This document shows positions 19,861 through 30,420 of a stretch of DNA of 60,927 nucleotides, one piece after another. The notes beneath the pieces are model-generated. The model searched no databases and was not told where the DNA came from. It saw nothing but the letters and a program-made list of their open reading frames with translations. The stretch spans positions 1-60,927 of IMG/VR virus record IMGVR_UViG_3300017752_004703. One strand, written 5' to 3'. The DNA is from a virus (taxonomy: Duplodnaviria; Caudoviricetes). Both the position numbers and the translations under genes were made by a program. Position 1 is the stretch's first letter. Every line of letters begins with the position of its first letter.

Positions 19861-20264
19861 AATTTTTAGATCCGCTAGGAAAAGAAAGAAACCTAAAAGG
19901 AGCTAAAAAATATTTAATCAATTGGGAAGAAAAAAGCAGAAGCAAATTCCAGAAAAATGTTAAAGATTTCTTAAAAGACAACTGGTTTCATGATATTGTC
20001 TTTGAAGAATTCAGGATTGTTGGTACAAGGTTATCCTTGGACTTCTATAACGCTAATAAAAAAGTGGCAGTAGAGGTCCAAGGAGACCAGCATATTAGGT
20101 ATGTAAAACATTTTCATAAGAATAGATTAAAATACTTAGAACAACTTAAAAGAGATCAAAAGAAGCTTGACTTCTGTCAGATCAATGATATAAAATTAGT
20201 AGAGGTCTACAGTACCGATGAGATAAACGCATCTCTATTTAAAGACCAGGATATATACTTATGA
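19857..20264 (+). CDS. PD-(D/E)XK endonuclease (Vsr/DUF559-like)
   Basis: LSLDFY..VAVEVQGDQH..RDQKKLDFC. Confidence 0.75.
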   Translation: MKFLDPLGKERNLKGAKKYLINWEEKSRSKFQKNVKDFLKDNWFHDIVFEEFRIVGTRLSLDFYNANKKVAVEVQGDQHIRYVKHFHKNRLKYLEQLKRDQKKLDFCQINDIKLVEVYSTDEINASLFKDQDIYL

Positions 20265-20491
20265 ATGTCGACGACAATATGGAATTCGCAATACCAGATA
20301 ACTTTCTAGATAAGCTTTATGAATTGACAGGCTCTGCCGACAAATACAAAGGCTTCTTTCTTGTCTACTCTAACGAGAAAGGCAATCCTATCATTTTTAA
20401 TAAATGTGAATCCCACTTGGTTGAGATGGGACTTATTAAAGCTGTTGAGTCTTATTTAGAAGAACCAAAAACAAACAAACATGATTTATAA
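20261..20491 (+). CDS. Hypothetical protein
   Basis: 76-aa ORF overlapping both neighbours in the operon. Confidence 0.65.
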   Translation: MNVDDNMEFAIPDNFLDKLYELTGSADKYKGFFLVYSNEKGNPIIFNKCESHLVEMGLIKAVESYLEEPKTNKHDL

Positions 20492-21995
20492 TTTAGAATT
20501 AGAGAAACAACTTTTAGCCGCTCTTATCAAAGAGCCTGAACTTTTTTGTGAGATAGCAGATTTCATAGATCATGATGATTTTTATTCTGAAGAGTCTAAT
20601 CTTCATAAGACTATTTTCACAATTATCAAACAAGCGATAGAATCAAGTGAGGATATAGATGAAATTATTATTGCTCAAAGGATAGCTAGCATAGGCTTGT
20701 CTTTCGAAGATAAATTAAATCCATCTGACTACATTAAATCTTTGGCATTGAGAAAGGTTCCAAAAGGAAACCTAATTAAGACAACCAAAGAATTAAAAAA
20801 AGTTTCTGTAAGGAGGGGTATCTATAAAGCCGCTCAAGATATGGCGAAGCAGATGAAAAATGTTTCTCCAGAAACTCCTTATCATGAGATAATAGAGAAA
20901 GCGGATAACATTTATAACTCTAAAATAAATCTTTACGAGATCGGTGAAGATGAGCCTGTCAATATATATGATGAAATGGAATATATGATTGAGGATAGGG
21001 GCAACAATCCTATTGAAGAGTTTGGAATGATGGGTCCGCATAAAAAAGTTAATGATATGTATGGATCTATTTTAAGGCCAGGCAACATTACTGTTGTGGT
21101 CGCTAGATCTGGCGTCGGTAAAACTCAGTTTTGTATGCACTATGCCACTCAAGTTGCTTCGGTCTATAATGTTCCTGTACTGCATTTTGATAATGGAGAG
21201 ATGAGTAAAGAAGAACTTATCATGAGACAGTGCGCTTCTATATCTGGTATATCTTCACACCTTCTAGAGAGTGGTAAATGGAGACAGGCTGGTGAAGAGG
21301 TTGTTACTAAAGTAAGAGAGACTTGGGCTAAAGTTAAAGACTTGCAGTTTTACTATTACAATGTAGGCGGTATGGATGTTGATTCAATGGTTAACACCCT
21401 CAAGAGGTTTTATTATTCCAAGGTGGGAAGAGGAAACTCTATGATTTTTTCCTTTGACTACATTAAAACAACAAGCGAAGCTTCTGATAACAAGAACGAG
21501 TGGCAGATTGTTGGGGAGATGGTTGATAAGTTTAAGAAGTGTGTTCAGAAAGAAATCCTTCATGACGGAGAGCCTGTCATTCCCATGATAACTTCTGTTC
21601 AGTCAAACAGGTACGGAATAACTAATAACAGAAATGCTCAAAACATCGTTGATGATGAAAGTATTGTTTCTCTTTCTGATAGGATTATTCAGTTCTGTTC
21701 TCATATGTTTATTCTTCGGAACAAGACCGCTGATGAAATCGAGGTTGAGGGAGGAAATTTTGGCACCCATAAGTTAATCAATATTAAATCAAGGCATCTT
21801 GGTAAAGATGTTGCTGGCGCTTTAGAGCCTGTACAGATAGGAGATTCCCTCAGAAAGAACTCTGTTAATCTTGAGTTTAAAAATTTCAATATTACGGAGA
21901 GAGGAGACCTGCGAGACATAGCTAGATCAATGGATGGAGGTGGTGAAATAGATGGTTCTGAGGTTGGTTCTTTGCCTGATTTCCAAAATGTCTGA
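20481..21995 (+). CDS. dnaB: Replicative DNA helicase
   Basis: N-terminal ELEKQLLAALI domain, Walker A ARSGVGKT, GEMSKEEL, FDYIK and VQSNR. Confidence 0.9.
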   Translation: MIYNLELEKQLLAALIKEPELFCEIADFIDHDDFYSEESNLHKTIFTIIKQAIESSEDIDEIIIAQRIASIGLSFEDKLNPSDYIKSLALRKVPKGNLIKTTKELKKVSVRRGIYKAAQDMAKQMKNVSPETPYHEIIEKADNIYNSKINLYEIGEDEPVNIYDEMEYMIEDRGNNPIEEFGMMGPHKKVNDMYGSILRPGNITVVVARSGVGKTQFCMHYATQVASVYNVPVLHFDNGEMSKEELIMRQCASISGISSHLLESGKWRQAGEEVVTKVRETWAKVKDLQFYYYNVGGMDVDSMVNTLKRFYYSKVGRGNSMIFSFDYIKTTSEASDNKNEWQIVGEMVDKFKKCVQKEILHDGEPVIPMITSVQSNRYGITNNRNAQNIVDDESIVSLSDRIIQFCSHMFILRNKTADEIEVEGGNFGTHKLINIKSRHLGKDVAGALEPVQIGDSLRKNSVNLEFKNFNITERGDLRDIARSMDGGGEIDGSEVGSLPDFQNV

Positions 21996-23025
21996 TATGC
22001 ACAAACAAATTCTAGAAGATCTCGGTTATAAGCTTATTGATTGCGGTAATCATTGGAGAACTAGTGCTATTTATAGGGATGGTGACAACTCCACGGCAGT
22101 TCAGATATACAAAGACACTGGTGTATGGACTGACTACGTAGCAGAGAGTGGTCACAAGCCCCTTAAACAACTAATACAGCTTACTCTTAGAGGTAATCCT
22201 GGCAAACTAAACTCAGTACTCAAGTCATTAGATTCAGAGCCTGACAGCTTAAAAGAATATAAACCTAATACATTAATTGAAATGGAAAAAATTTACGAAG
22301 ATTCTATTTTGGAAAAATTATTCCCCAACTATAATTTTTACAACAAGAAAAATATATCAGAACAAACACAAAACTTATTTAAGGTCGGTTTAGCTGGTTC
22401 TGGAAACATGTATAGAAGAATGGTTTTCCCTGTCTATAATGAACACTCACAGATAATTGGTTTTTCTGGAAGAAGAGTCGATGATGGCAACTCCGCTAAA
22501 TGGAAACACATTGGAAAGAAAAATAACTGGATTTATCCAGCCTATACTCCCAATGAAGTTACAGTGGATGAATTAATCACTGAGTCAAAAGAAGTTTACC
22601 TAGTAGAAAGCATAGGAGACGCGATGTCTTTATACGATCAGGGAATAAAAAACGTGCTAGTTATATTTGGTTTATCTGTTAGTGCTTCTATAATAAGTTA
22701 TTTATCTGGTAAAGAAATTGACAAGATAATAATAGCTGGCAACAATGATTTTGAATCTGAAATTAATAGAGGCTTATTGGCTTCTATAAAAAACTACTTA
22801 AAGCTTTCTAATTATTTTGATCTAGACATTTTACATATCAAGGTGCCTCCAAAAGGGTTTAATGATTTAGGGGATGCCAATCAACTCGATAAAGATTTAA
22901 AGTCGTGGTCTAAACAAGAGGTTGATTTGAAAAAGCAAAGAAAATTCATATCTGATTTTGTCTCCAAAAATGAAAACAAGTTTTCAAAATCTTATATTAA
23001 AAAAGCAAAAAAAATAAATGAGTGA
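21988..23025 (+). CDS. DNA primase (DnaG-like, TOPRIM)
   Basis: RRMVFPV..IIGFSGR..KWKH and YLVESIGDAMSL; start likely ATG 21988; N-terminal zinc ligands appear degenerate. Confidence 0.85.
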   Translation: MSDMHKQILEDLGYKLIDCGNHWRTSAIYRDGDNSTAVQIYKDTGVWTDYVAESGHKPLKQLIQLTLRGNPGKLNSVLKSLDSEPDSLKEYKPNTLIEMEKIYEDSILEKLFPNYNFYNKKNISEQTQNLFKVGLAGSGNMYRRMVFPVYNEHSQIIGFSGRRVDDGNSAKWKHIGKKNNWIYPAYTPNEVTVDELITESKEVYLVESIGDAMSLYDQGIKNVLVIFGLSVSASIISYLSGKEIDKIIIAGNNDFESEINRGLLASIKNYLKLSNYFDLDILHIKVPPKGFNDLGDANQLDKDLKSWSKQEVDLKKQRKFISDFVSKNENKFSKSYIKKAKKINE

Positions 23026-24043
23026 ACCAATAACAACATTATCGGCAAGTAGAATTAAAACTGCAGAAAGCTGTTCTTGGCTTTACTGGTGCAAGTACAA
23101 GTTAAAACTTCCTGACCGCAGTAACGATGGTGCTAGAAGAGGCTCTATCTGCCACTTAATTTTTGAGCTTCTCGGTGAGCCTAAAAGGAAAAAGTATTTT
23201 GATAAAATCATTAAGACTCTTGATATCTTTAGTGTGCCTTCTATAGAAAGATTGGTGATGAAGCATGCTATCAGAGAGGGTATTGATGACGATGAAAATG
23301 TTAAGATGATGAAGGAGATGACTCTTAATGGTTTAATGTATGATTTCTTTGGCGACACTCATGAAGAACCTACAGAAGAGCATTCAGAAAAAGATTTTCA
23401 TATAGTCGTTAATGACGGCACTGTAAAATATAAAATAAGAGGCTTCATAGATAAACTTTTTCTTTATCAGGATAAAAAATACGCTTTAATCAGAGATTTT
23501 AAAACAAGCAAGGAAACATTTAAAGGTAAGGATGCTAAAGACAATATGCAGGACTTGATGTATAGCTTGGCGGTAAAGCACCTATTCCCAGAGTATGAAA
23601 ACAAACAAAGTGAATTTCTGTTTCTGAAATTTGATTTAATACCAGACGTAAAGAAAAGCGGTATTGTAAGAATGGAGCCTCTAGACGAAGATGATCTTCA
23701 TGGTTTTGAGCACCACTTAACAGAGATCCAAAAATATTTAGATAACTTCACTGAAGAGTCGGCTACGAAAAACATGGCAGCATACAAAGGCTTCCCCGAT
23801 GATGGGTCATTTAGCTGCAAACTTTTATGTGGTTTTGCTAAAGAAAAGGGTCAACTTAAAAAGGATGGTACTCCCATGTGGCACTGTGGCATGAAGTTTG
23901 ATTTCTTTTATTATGATATTAAAGATTCAGATGGTAACTTTTCGCGATCATGCTTTGACGATGAGTTTTCTGAAGACATGGTCCCAGAGGGAGGTTCGTA
24001 CGAAATGAAATATTATGCTGGTTGCCCTGCTCATTGTTCTTGA
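23018..24043 (+). CDS. RecB/Cas4-like PD-(D/E)XK exonuclease
   Basis: LSASRIKTAESC, RGSICH, RGFIDKL..IRDFKTSK, QDLMY and C-terminal cysteines. Confidence 0.85.
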   Translation: MSEPITTLSASRIKTAESCSWLYWCKYKLKLPDRSNDGARRGSICHLIFELLGEPKRKKYFDKIIKTLDIFSVPSIERLVMKHAIREGIDDDENVKMMKEMTLNGLMYDFFGDTHEEPTEEHSEKDFHIVVNDGTVKYKIRGFIDKLFLYQDKKYALIRDFKTSKETFKGKDAKDNMQDLMYSLAVKHLFPEYENKQSEFLFLKFDLIPDVKKSGIVRMEPLDEDDLHGFEHHLTEIQKYLDNFTEESATKNMAAYKGFPDDGSFSCKLLCGFAKEKGQLKKDGTPMWHCGMKFDFFYYDIKDSDGNFSRSCFDDEFSEDMVPEGGSYEMKYYAGCPAHCS

Positions 24044-24068
24044 CATGAATATACTTTTGTGATATCAT
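24040..24068 (+). promoter_or_regulatory. Sigma70-like promoter (near-leaderless)
   Basis: TTGACA-N17-TATCAT, with the ATG at 24076 seven nt downstream. Confidence 0.7.
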
Positions 24069-24075
24069 CATCACA

Positions 24076-24786
24076 ATGAAGCCCATATTCAAATCAACCT
24101 ATTCAATAGGTAAAAGCATACTGACTATTGAAGAAATCATTAATATATGTAAGGACAAAAATTTTAAAAACCTCACTCTTGTTGAGGACAACCTTACTAG
24201 TTTTATGAAGGCGTTTCACGCCTGTCACAAAAACGACATAGATCTTACATATGGTCTTAGGATCACTATGTGCAACTCTTTAGAAAGCAAAGACTCTGAT
24301 CACAAGTCTGTTATATTTGCTTTGGATGACAACGGTTGTAAGTTGATGAATAAAATTTATTCTAAAGCTTTTGTTGATAACGATGGTCGTATCACTTACG
24401 AAGAACTAAAATCTTTTTGGGATAAAGATTCTTTATGCTTTGTCGTCCCTTTTTATGATAGTTTCATCCACCAAAACAATTTATTTCTTAAGAACTGTAT
24501 ACCTCAACTTGAGGGTTTGAATCCTAGGTTTTGGGTTGAGAATAACAACTTACCTTACGATCGCCTTATTTGTCAAAAAGTTCTAGAGTATGCGGAAGAC
24601 TCTTATGATATGAGTCATGTTAAGTCTATATACTATAAGAACAAAGAAGATGTAGAAGCTCTGCAGACTTACAAAATACTTTGCAACCGCAGTTTCGGCA
24701 GACAGGCCACTCTCTCTTGCCCCAACTTAAATCACTTTTCTAGTGATGAGTTTTGCCTTGAATCTTATATAGAAAACACTAAGTAA
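24076..24786 (+). CDS. Stand-alone PHP domain of DNA polymerase III alpha (metal ligands degenerate)
   Basis: FKSTYSIGKSILTIEEII..LTLVEDN..YGLR aligns by eye with the DnaE N-terminus HxHSxYSxxDG..TDH..GxE. Confidence 0.75.
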   Translation: MKPIFKSTYSIGKSILTIEEIINICKDKNFKNLTLVEDNLTSFMKAFHACHKNDIDLTYGLRITMCNSLESKDSDHKSVIFALDDNGCKLMNKIYSKAFVDNDGRITYEELKSFWDKDSLCFVVPFYDSFIHQNNLFLKNCIPQLEGLNPRFWVENNNLPYDRLICQKVLEYAEDSYDMSHVKSIYYKNKEDVEALQTYKILCNRSFGRQATLSCPNLNHFSSDEFCLESYIENTK

Positions 24787-25418
24787 TGAATAACGACTTA
24801 TTAAGATATAACAGAAATCAAAAGTATATAATTTTTGATACAGAGACCGAGGGTTTGAATTTGGTTAAATCGAAACCTTGGCAAGCGGCTTGGATTGTGG
24901 CTGAGGGTAATAAAATCATCAAGAAGTATGACAAACTTATATATTGGGATGATTTAAACGTATCAAAAGACGCTGCAAGGATAACAGGTTTTAGCCAATC
25001 TCACTATGAGAAGAATGCTGAAGACCCCAAGAAGGTTTGGGATGAGTTTTCAAAGTACTTATATGACGACTCTTATAAAATTGTTGGTCAAAACTTATTA
25101 GGTTTTGATATCTACATGATAGATGTTTGGAGAAAACTTATTGGTGAGCCTTTAATGCAGGATTATATAAACAGAATTATTGATACAAAAGCCATAGCTA
25201 CAGCTATTGCTAAAGAGTCTCCTGTACCTAATCATGATTTTATCTATTGGCAGTATAGATGGCTCAACTATAGAGAAAGAGGTTTAAAAACATCCCAATT
25301 AACACTTTTAAAAAAATATGAGATTGACTTTGATGCTAAAAGATTGCATGATGCTCTTTACGATATCGAAATGAACTTCGAAATATTCCACAAACAACTT
25401 TACGATATAGAACTATGA
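24786..25418 (+). CDS. DEDDh 3'-5' exonuclease (DnaQ/epsilon-like)
   Basis: ExoI FDTETEG, ExoII GQNLLGFD and ExoIII HDALYD. Confidence 0.9.
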   Translation: MNNDLLRYNRNQKYIIFDTETEGLNLVKSKPWQAAWIVAEGNKIIKKYDKLIYWDDLNVSKDAARITGFSQSHYEKNAEDPKKVWDEFSKYLYDDSYKIVGQNLLGFDIYMIDVWRKLIGEPLMQDYINRIIDTKAIATAIAKESPVPNHDFIYWQYRWLNYRERGLKTSQLTLLKKYEIDFDAKRLHDALYDIEMNFEIFHKQLYDIEL

Positions 25419-27958
25419 GATACAAAACCCCATTTCCTGTAGGAGTTAAACTCCCAGAGATCAGTGTCCCCGACACAAAGCTGCATGATCTAGAATTAGA
25501 GCCTGGTGCTTCTTCTTTAGATATTCTTAAACAGCTTTGTCGTCAAGGTCTTAGAGATAAAGGTCTTGTTAAAGCTAACAACAGAAAAGATTATTATGAT
25601 CGTACTCAAATGGAGATTGACATCTTGGATGATCTAGGTTTTGTAGATTATATACTACTAAACTGGGACATTATGAATTTCTGCAAAGAGAATAAGATTC
25701 CAACTGGTGCTGGCAGGGGAAGTGCGGCTGGTAGCTTGGTACTTTTTCTTTTAGGTGTAACAAACATTGACCCAATTAAATATGAACTATTCTTCGAAAG
25801 ATTCGTCTCAAAAAGCAGAGCAAGAAAAATATTCCACGATGGTGAAGTACTTCTTGACGGCTCTTTACTTGCTGATATTGATAATGACATCTCTTATGAT
25901 AGGAGGGCTGAAGTTATTAAGTATATTGAAGACAAGTACGAAGGCAAAACTTCCAAAATTCTAACCCTGAATACGCTCAGTTCTAAGCTGTGCATGAAGG
26001 AGTGTGGCAAGATCGTTGGTGAGTTGTCTGAAATGGATGTAAATCAAATCAGTGACACTATACCCAAACACTTTGGAAAGGTGGCGAAGCTAGATGTGGC
26101 TTATGAAGAAAGCGAAGCTTTTAAAGATTTTGCTGACAAGCATGTAAAATCATACAAAATTGCAAAGAAATTAGAAGGTCTAATTAAAAACACTGGGGTT
26201 CACCCTTCTGGCATATCAATCAGTTATTTCAGTCAAGGAGACATCATGCCCTTACAAAAGACTAACGATGGAGCTTTAGTTTCTGGTTATGACATGGATG
26301 ACGTAGCTAGCCTTAGCGTTAAGTTCGATATTCTCGGTCTGAGGACGCTCTCTGTGGTTAATGATACATGTAGTCAAATTGGCATCAAAGCCTCTGAGAT
26401 CGATCCTGGTGACGAAAGCATCTATGCTGCATTAGCTTGTCTTGAACAGCCAAAAGGATTGTTTCAGATTGAAGCTGAAACTAACTTTAAGGTGTGCAGA
26501 CAAATAGCTCCAAAAAGCTTAGAGGAATTATCTGCTGTTGTTGCTATTGCTCGTCCAGGAGCCTTAGACTTTAAAGACAGGTATGCTGACTACGCCAGAA
26601 CTGGAGACTTCCAATCCGTTCATGAGTTCTTTGACGACATACTTAGTTATACTGGTGGTATTCCGCTTTATCAAGAACAGTTGATGAAGATGGCTGTTAA
26701 GGTTGGCTTTAGTTTGGATGAGTCAGAGCAGCTAAGGCGTATTGTTGGCAAGAAGAAAGTTGAAGATATGCCAGCATGGAAGGCTAAAATTGAAGATAAG
26801 ATCAAAGAAAAGAATTTAGATCCTGTTATTGGAGAGGTATTGTGGAAAGTTGCAGAAGATTCTGCTAACTACTCGTTTAACAAATCTCACAGTATATCTT
26901 ATGCTTACTTAGCAGCGATTACTGTCTACCTTAAATTCAATTATCCTCAAGAATTTTTCTTGAGCTTGCTTAAGATGTCTAGATTTGAGCCTAATGCTCA
27001 TGAAGAGATAGCTAAGATTTCTCAAGAGTTATCTTTTTTTGGCATCAAGCTTTTGCCTCCAGACTTAAATCTTTCTGATTTTGATTTTAAAATCGAGGGT
27101 AAGAATATTCGCTATGGACTTAATTCTATTAAAGGTGTTTCTGACAAAGTGATAGAGTCTCTTATAGATTTTAGAGAGTCTAGCTTTGAAAATAAATATG
27201 ATATATTTATTGCAGCAAAGGATTGTGGGGTAAACATTGGCACAATGTCTGCGTTTATCCAAGCTGGATTGCTTGACTCCTTTGTTTCTTCTGATCGTTG
27301 TAGATTGGTTTTAGAGGCTCAGAGTTTTAATATATTAACTGACAGAGAAAAGAGAAACGTAATAGAGCTTGGCCCTAAGTTTAATTTTGATATCTTAAAA
27401 ACAATACACAGTTGTAGGTCTGAAAATACACCTGCTGATGATGGAAGAGTTCTCTTTGCTGATAGAAGATTCAATACCTTCAAGAAAAAGTACGATCCAT
27501 ACAAAAACATATACGAACAAAACTCTAGTCACATAAAGTTTGCTAATTGGTATTTTGAGACAAAGCTACTGGGCTATAGCTATTCATACAATATCAGAGA
27601 GATATTTGTAAGTGGGGACGAGGCTTCTTTTAAAACATCAGAAGAAGTTAGAAACTCAGAAGAAAGAAAACGAGTTAAGTTCGTAGGTGATGTGACTGAA
27701 GTGACCAAAAGAACAAGCAGGAATGGTAATAAATATGCTAGAGTTGAGCTTCAAGACGAACTAGGTACTGTTTGTGGCCTGTTTTTAGACTCAGATAGAG
27801 AAGAAAGGTTGACAGAATACCTAAACTCTGGTAAAAAGTTACCTAAGAAGGGTGACATTGCCATAATAACAGGTAGTGTCGGACAAGACATAGTTTTCGT
27901 TGATAAAATTGAAACTATAGAAGAAAAAATCTATATGAAACTTTCTGAAATAAAATGA
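25415..27958 (+). CDS. dnaE: DNA polymerase III alpha, catalytic core without PHP domain
   Basis: GRGSAAGSL, FERFVS, DIDND, KFDILGL, YQEQLM, YSFNKSH and a C-terminal OB fold. Confidence 0.95.
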   Translation: MRYKTPFPVGVKLPEISVPDTKLHDLELEPGASSLDILKQLCRQGLRDKGLVKANNRKDYYDRTQMEIDILDDLGFVDYILLNWDIMNFCKENKIPTGAGRGSAAGSLVLFLLGVTNIDPIKYELFFERFVSKSRARKIFHDGEVLLDGSLLADIDNDISYDRRAEVIKYIEDKYEGKTSKILTLNTLSSKLCMKECGKIVGELSEMDVNQISDTIPKHFGKVAKLDVAYEESEAFKDFADKHVKSYKIAKKLEGLIKNTGVHPSGISISYFSQGDIMPLQKTNDGALVSGYDMDDVASLSVKFDILGLRTLSVVNDTCSQIGIKASEIDPGDESIYAALACLEQPKGLFQIEAETNFKVCRQIAPKSLEELSAVVAIARPGALDFKDRYADYARTGDFQSVHEFFDDILSYTGGIPLYQEQLMKMAVKVGFSLDESEQLRRIVGKKKVEDMPAWKAKIEDKIKEKNLDPVIGEVLWKVAEDSANYSFNKSHSISYAYLAAITVYLKFNYPQEFFLSLLKMSRFEPNAHEEIAKISQELSFFGIKLLPPDLNLSDFDFKIEGKNIRYGLNSIKGVSDKVIESLIDFRESSFENKYDIFIAAKDCGVNIGTMSAFIQAGLLDSFVSSDRCRLVLEAQSFNILTDREKRNVIELGPKFNFDILKTIHSCRSENTPADDGRVLFADRRFNTFKKKYDPYKNIYEQNSSHIKFANWYFETKLLGYSYSYNIREIFVSGDEASFKTSEEVRNSEERKRVKFVGDVTEVTKRTSRNGNKYARVELQDELGTVCGLFLDSDREERLTEYLNSGKKLPKKGDIAIITGSVGQDIVFVDKIETIEEKIYMKLSEIK

Positions 27959-30408
27959 GTGTATTTAATAACGTGATATTCAAAGAATTTAATTTAACGC
28001 CAAGAGCTAAAAAAGCTTACAAAGATGCTTTTAAACTTTCTAAAGATTTAGAGCATAAAAATGTTAACAATCTCCATGTTTTATATGGGTGTTTGAAAAA
28101 CTCTTGCCCTAAATTTAAAAGTTTTCTCTTAAAGAATGGAGTTGCGATTAAGAAACAAGATGTTTTAGACTGTTTCTCTGAAGCTGAGATAAATTATCAA
28201 GACAAATTTTTTTCCAACGTTAATTCAGACCCTTGGCATAAAGAAGTTTCCGCCACCATAAAAGATGCCAACCAAACATCTTCTAATCTAGAGCAATATT
28301 ATATAGGTATTGAGCATGTCTTCTTGTCTGTTATCGATAACTCTGCTTATATTTTAGAATTATTTGATGACCACATATTAGATTTAGAAATGTTTAAAGA
28401 GGAGATGCATTCTTTTCTTAAAGATGAGGAAGAGACTATCTTGCCTTCTTTTATAGACGATTTTATAAACAACTCTATTTCTTTTTCTGAGGAAACAAAA
28501 GAAGAATCCCAATCTAATGTTTCGCTTTCTGGTTCTTTGCCAGATTTCGCTACTAGTTTGAACGATCTCTATTATGAAGGCAAGCTTCCTGATGTTTATG
28601 GCAGAGATAAAGAAATAGATGTGCTTATCGAAACTATTTCAAAGAAAAACAAATGCAATGCAATTTTAACAGGTTGTGCTGGTGTTGGCAAAACTTCTGT
28701 AGTAGAAGCTTTGGCTTCTAAAATATCCAAACTAGATGTACCTTCCAATTTGATTGGCGTCGAGATACTCAGTGTTGATTTAGGTTCTATATTGGCTGGC
28801 ACTCAATACAGGGGTCAATTTGAGCAAAGATTTAAGGGTATTTTAGACCAAGCTAAAAATAATCCAGGATTGATTCTATTCTTTGATGAAATCCATACTC
28901 TTTTTGGGGCGGGTAGCAATCAGGAGGGTGGCCTTGACGCTGTCAATATGCTAAAACCCTTACTAGCTAGGGGAGATATAAAATGCATAGGATCTACCAC
29001 TAAAGAAGAGTATTTAAAGATATTCAATAAGGATGCCGCAATGAAAAGAAGGTTTTTCGAAATAGAAATAGGTGAGCCTTCTAAAGAAGACACTAAAAAA
29101 ATACTTTATAACTGCAAAAGTAAGTATGAAAAATTTCATAATGTTAAGTTTTCAAAAAACATTGTTGATTACATAGTTGATTCTTCTGATGTTTTACTTA
29201 GCAATAAAAAATTCCCAGACAAAGCTTTTGATATTCTAGATCAGGTAGGTTCTAGGGTTAAACTCAGAAACGCAAAAGACAACAACGAGGCTGTAGAGCC
29301 TCATAAACAATTGGTCAGATCAATGCTGGATGATTCCCTGTCCGAAGATCAATTTAGAGACAAGTTTAAAGACGTAATGAGCAGCTTTCAAGAAATCCTC
29401 GATACGTCAAAAGAAAAACCAATAAAAATCAAAAAAAATGATATTAGTGAAATTATATCTGAACACGGAAATGTTTCTATTGATCAGGTCAAAGATTGTT
29501 CTAGTGGTTTCAAATCTTTTTTTGCTAGGATTTCTAGCGAGGTATTTGGTCAGGATGAAATTTTAACGAACATAGAAAAATCTCTTTCTTGCGCTAAAGC
29601 TGGTTTGGTTGATGACGATAAACCTCTAGCTAGCATGTTCTTCGTTGGTCCTACAAGTGTTGGTAAAACTTACACAGCAAAAAAAATAGCAAAACACTTC
29701 TTCGGTAATGAAAAAGCTATACTTCAAGTAAACATGAGTGAGCTTCAAGACAAAACAGGAATTAGTAAACTTATTGGCTCTAATGCTGGCTATGTAGGCT
29801 ATGAAGAAGGTGGTTTATTAACTAAATTTCTTTCTGAAAACCCTAACTCAGTTATACTTTTTGACGAGGTGGAGAAAGCAAGTCCAGATATTCTCAATAT
29901 ATTGTTGCATATACTTGACGAGGGTTATGTTGAAGACAGTAAACATAATAAGATAAGCTTTGCGAATTCTGTGGTAATACTAACCAGTAATATAGGTCAC
30001 AAAGAAGCTAATAAAACCAGCATGGGTTTTGTTCAAGACGAAGAAGATAAAGAGTCTTCTTATAAAAAATCTATTAATCAATATCTTAAGCCAGAACTTG
30101 TAGCTCGTATTAATGATATATTTGTCTTTGATGATTTGTCAGATAAAGAATTCAAGCTTATTATAAAGCATGAGCTAGATAAAATTAAAAACAAACTACA
30201 TAAAAACAGAAATATAAAGTTTACATTTAAGAAACAAACGATTGAATTTATTTTTGGTATGATTAAACTTAAAAAACTACATGCAAGGGACATAAAAAAA
30301 TTCATTAAAAATGAAGTCCAAGTTCCTGTCTCTAGTTTTATTATTTCTCAAAAAGAAAAGTCAGAAATATCAATAAAAGGTATTGACAATTCTATCAAAG
30401 TGTTTTAA
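27955..30408 (+). CDS. ClpA/ClpC-type AAA+ unfoldase
   Basis: Clp N-domain repeats, GCAGVGKT/FFDEIH, pore loops YRG and GYVG, GPTSVGKT/LFDEVEKA and an SMGF loop. Confidence 0.92.
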   Translation: MSVFNNVIFKEFNLTPRAKKAYKDAFKLSKDLEHKNVNNLHVLYGCLKNSCPKFKSFLLKNGVAIKKQDVLDCFSEAEINYQDKFFSNVNSDPWHKEVSATIKDANQTSSNLEQYYIGIEHVFLSVIDNSAYILELFDDHILDLEMFKEEMHSFLKDEEETILPSFIDDFINNSISFSEETKEESQSNVSLSGSLPDFATSLNDLYYEGKLPDVYGRDKEIDVLIETISKKNKCNAILTGCAGVGKTSVVEALASKISKLDVPSNLIGVEILSVDLGSILAGTQYRGQFEQRFKGILDQAKNNPGLILFFDEIHTLFGAGSNQEGGLDAVNMLKPLLARGDIKCIGSTTKEEYLKIFNKDAAMKRRFFEIEIGEPSKEDTKKILYNCKSKYEKFHNVKFSKNIVDYIVDSSDVLLSNKKFPDKAFDILDQVGSRVKLRNAKDNNEAVEPHKQLVRSMLDDSLSEDQFRDKFKDVMSSFQEILDTSKEKPIKIKKNDISEIISEHGNVSIDQVKDCSSGFKSFFARISSEVFGQDEILTNIEKSLSCAKAGLVDDDKPLASMFFVGPTSVGKTYTAKKIAKHFFGNEKAILQVNMSELQDKTGISKLIGSNAGYVGYEEGGLLTKFLSENPNSVILFDEVEKASPDILNILLHILDEGYVEDSKHNKISFANSVVILTSNIGHKEANKTSMGFVQDEEDKESSYKKSINQYLKPELVARINDIFVFDDLSDKEFKLIIKHELDKIKNKLHKNRNIKFTFKKQTIEFIFGMIKLKKLHARDIKKFIKNEVQVPVSSFIISQKEKSEISIKGIDNSIKVF

Positions 30409-30411
30409 TAT
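30383..30411 (+). promoter_or_regulatory. Sigma70-like promoter
   Basis: TTGACA-N17-TAATAT, with the ATG at 30421. Confidence 0.55.
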
Positions 30412-30420
30412 ACAGGGGAT

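Noticed and set aside
23018-24043. Cas4-like nuclease as evidence of a CRISPR-Cas system
   Set aside because: No other cas genes or array are present; such nucleases are common in phage replication modules.
24076-27958. Split intein or intron explaining the fragmented polymerase
   Set aside because: No intein terminal motifs or homing endonuclease are visible, and the junctions are simple stop-start overlaps.
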